Assembly: GCA_049472355.1 (NCBI GenBank)
Contig: JBLIRP010000059.1
Coordinates: forward strand, 1-25,543
DNA: 25,543 nt
DNA from: a bacterium
Lineage (GTDB): Bacteria > SZUA-182 > DTGQ01 > JAFGSM01
Direction: 5' to 3'
The notes beneath the pieces were generated by a model. It ran no database searches. It saw only the letters and a program-made list of their open reading frames with translations, and was not told the origin of the DNA. A program made the translations under genes and the position numbers. This document shows positions 24,653 through 25,543 of the stretch, piece by piece; position 1 is the first letter of the stretch, and each line of letters starts with the position of its first letter.

Positions 24653-25543
24653 TTAGTCAGACCTTAGTTTATTCTGAACGATAACCAGGCTACTTTTCGC
24701 CTCCGAGAAATCCGGGTCTAACTCCAGGGCCCGCTTCCATTCCTTTTCGGCCTCTTCCCATTGATTCTGTTTGAAATAGGCGATGCCCAGGTTGTAGTTT
24801 GTGATCGCAAGGTCCGGTCTCAGATCTTGGACCCAGCGATAGTTTTGGATCGCCTCCCTGTACTTTTCCTGCTTCAGATGGGTGTTGGCGATATTCATGC
24901 GCGCTGAAACAAGGTCTGGGTTGAGATCGATTGCGCGTTGGTACTGATTCACCGCAGCGTCGTATTTGCCCATGCGTTCATAGACAATCCCCAGATTATT
25001 GTGTGCTTCGGCGTATCGTACCTCTCCTGACACGGATCTTTGCAATGCCTCTGCGGCCTCTTTCAGGCGGTTTGCCTTGAGGCTCATGGTCCCCAGATCA
25101 AGATGGGCCTTGGCATAAATCATTTCCAAATCAAAGTGAAGGGATAACAATGCCCTGTCACCCCCGATAAAGTGATCTATGGCCTCTATGCCTTTTTCAT
25201 AGGCCTTGGCTGCCTCGTTCGGGCGCCCTGCATCCTTGAAGCTTTCTCCGATCCGGTAGAGGAGCTTTGCAAGAAGATACGTGGCCTCATAATCCTTTGG
25301 GTTTATTGCGAGCGCATCTTGAAATCTCTCGATGGTATCCTGTATCGGCCCTTCTGAACAACAACTGATATATCCTGAAAGGACCTCCTTTCTGGCCTCG
25401 AACCTTTGGAGCAGGTCATTCTCAATCCCCGTCGGGATTTCAACCCACCTCAAAGACCTCAGCACATCCCCAGGCCTTGAACGATATCGATAGAGTTCCT
25501 CCAATAGTCGTGAGGATCCACCGCGGAGCAGGGCCTTGGGTGC
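24653..25543 (-). CDS. TPR-repeat protein, C-terminal part (5'-partial)
   Basis: Frame open to the window edge (APKALLRGGSSRLLEELY...). Canonical TPRs: AEAHNNLGIVYERMGKYDAAVNQYQRAIDLNP, YNLGIAYFKQNQWEEAEKEWKRALELDP. Confidence 0.88.
   Translation of the reverse strand, partial: APKALLRGGSSRLLEELYRYRSRPGDVLRSLRWVEIPTGIENDLLQRFEARKEVLSGYISCCSEGPIQDTIERFQDALAINPKDYEATYLLAKLLYRIGESFKDAGRPNEAAKAYEKGIEAIDHFIGGDRALLSLHFDLEMIYAKAHLDLGTMSLKANRLKEAAEALQRSVSGEVRYAEAHNNLGIVYERMGKYDAAVNQYQRAIDLNPDLVSARMNIANTHLKQEKYREAIQNYRWVQDLRPDLAITNYNLGIAYFKQNQWEEAEKEWKRALELDPDFSEAKSSLVIVQNKLRSD

Noticed and set aside
24653..25543. Naming the last gene as a fused spermidine-synthase/TPR protein
   Set aside because: Only a faint hint (APK at the window edge); the diagnostic domain lies outside the window.

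Overview
Bacterial window, mostly GC-rich with several AT-richer islets; the OmcB-type cytochrome and sigma-54 promoters suggest a deltaproteobacteria-like anaerobe, but taxonomy is not proven. 1-3000: 3' part of a multiheme cytochrome c and small membrane/exported proteins (SHOCT, DUF2892). 3400-5400: a broken and an intact AAA+/DUF4143 ATPase gene separated by a ~62-bp palindromic repeat that recurs at 10.9 kb. 5459-14062 (minus): NTP_transf_5-like nucleotidyltransferase, ABC exporter, GT2, asparagine-synthase-like protein lacking Cys1, two GT4s. 14.3 kb: VapC with an antitoxin remnant. 14.9-24.5 kb is the most unusual part: two identical 15-bp sigma-54 promoters face outward towards a secreted, almost uncharged Gly/Tyr/Met two-block repeat protein on one side, and a second Gly-rich secreted protein plus a TPR-DUF3857-transglutaminase-like protein on the other. 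A third sigma-54 promoter, beyond a HEPN/MNT islet, precedes a large secreted protein of unknown family. This may be an undescribed extracellular structural-protein (sheath/matrix) system. The window ends in a partial TPR gene. No rRNA, tRNA, CRISPR array or transposase was recognised. Family assignments come from motif recognition, not database searches.
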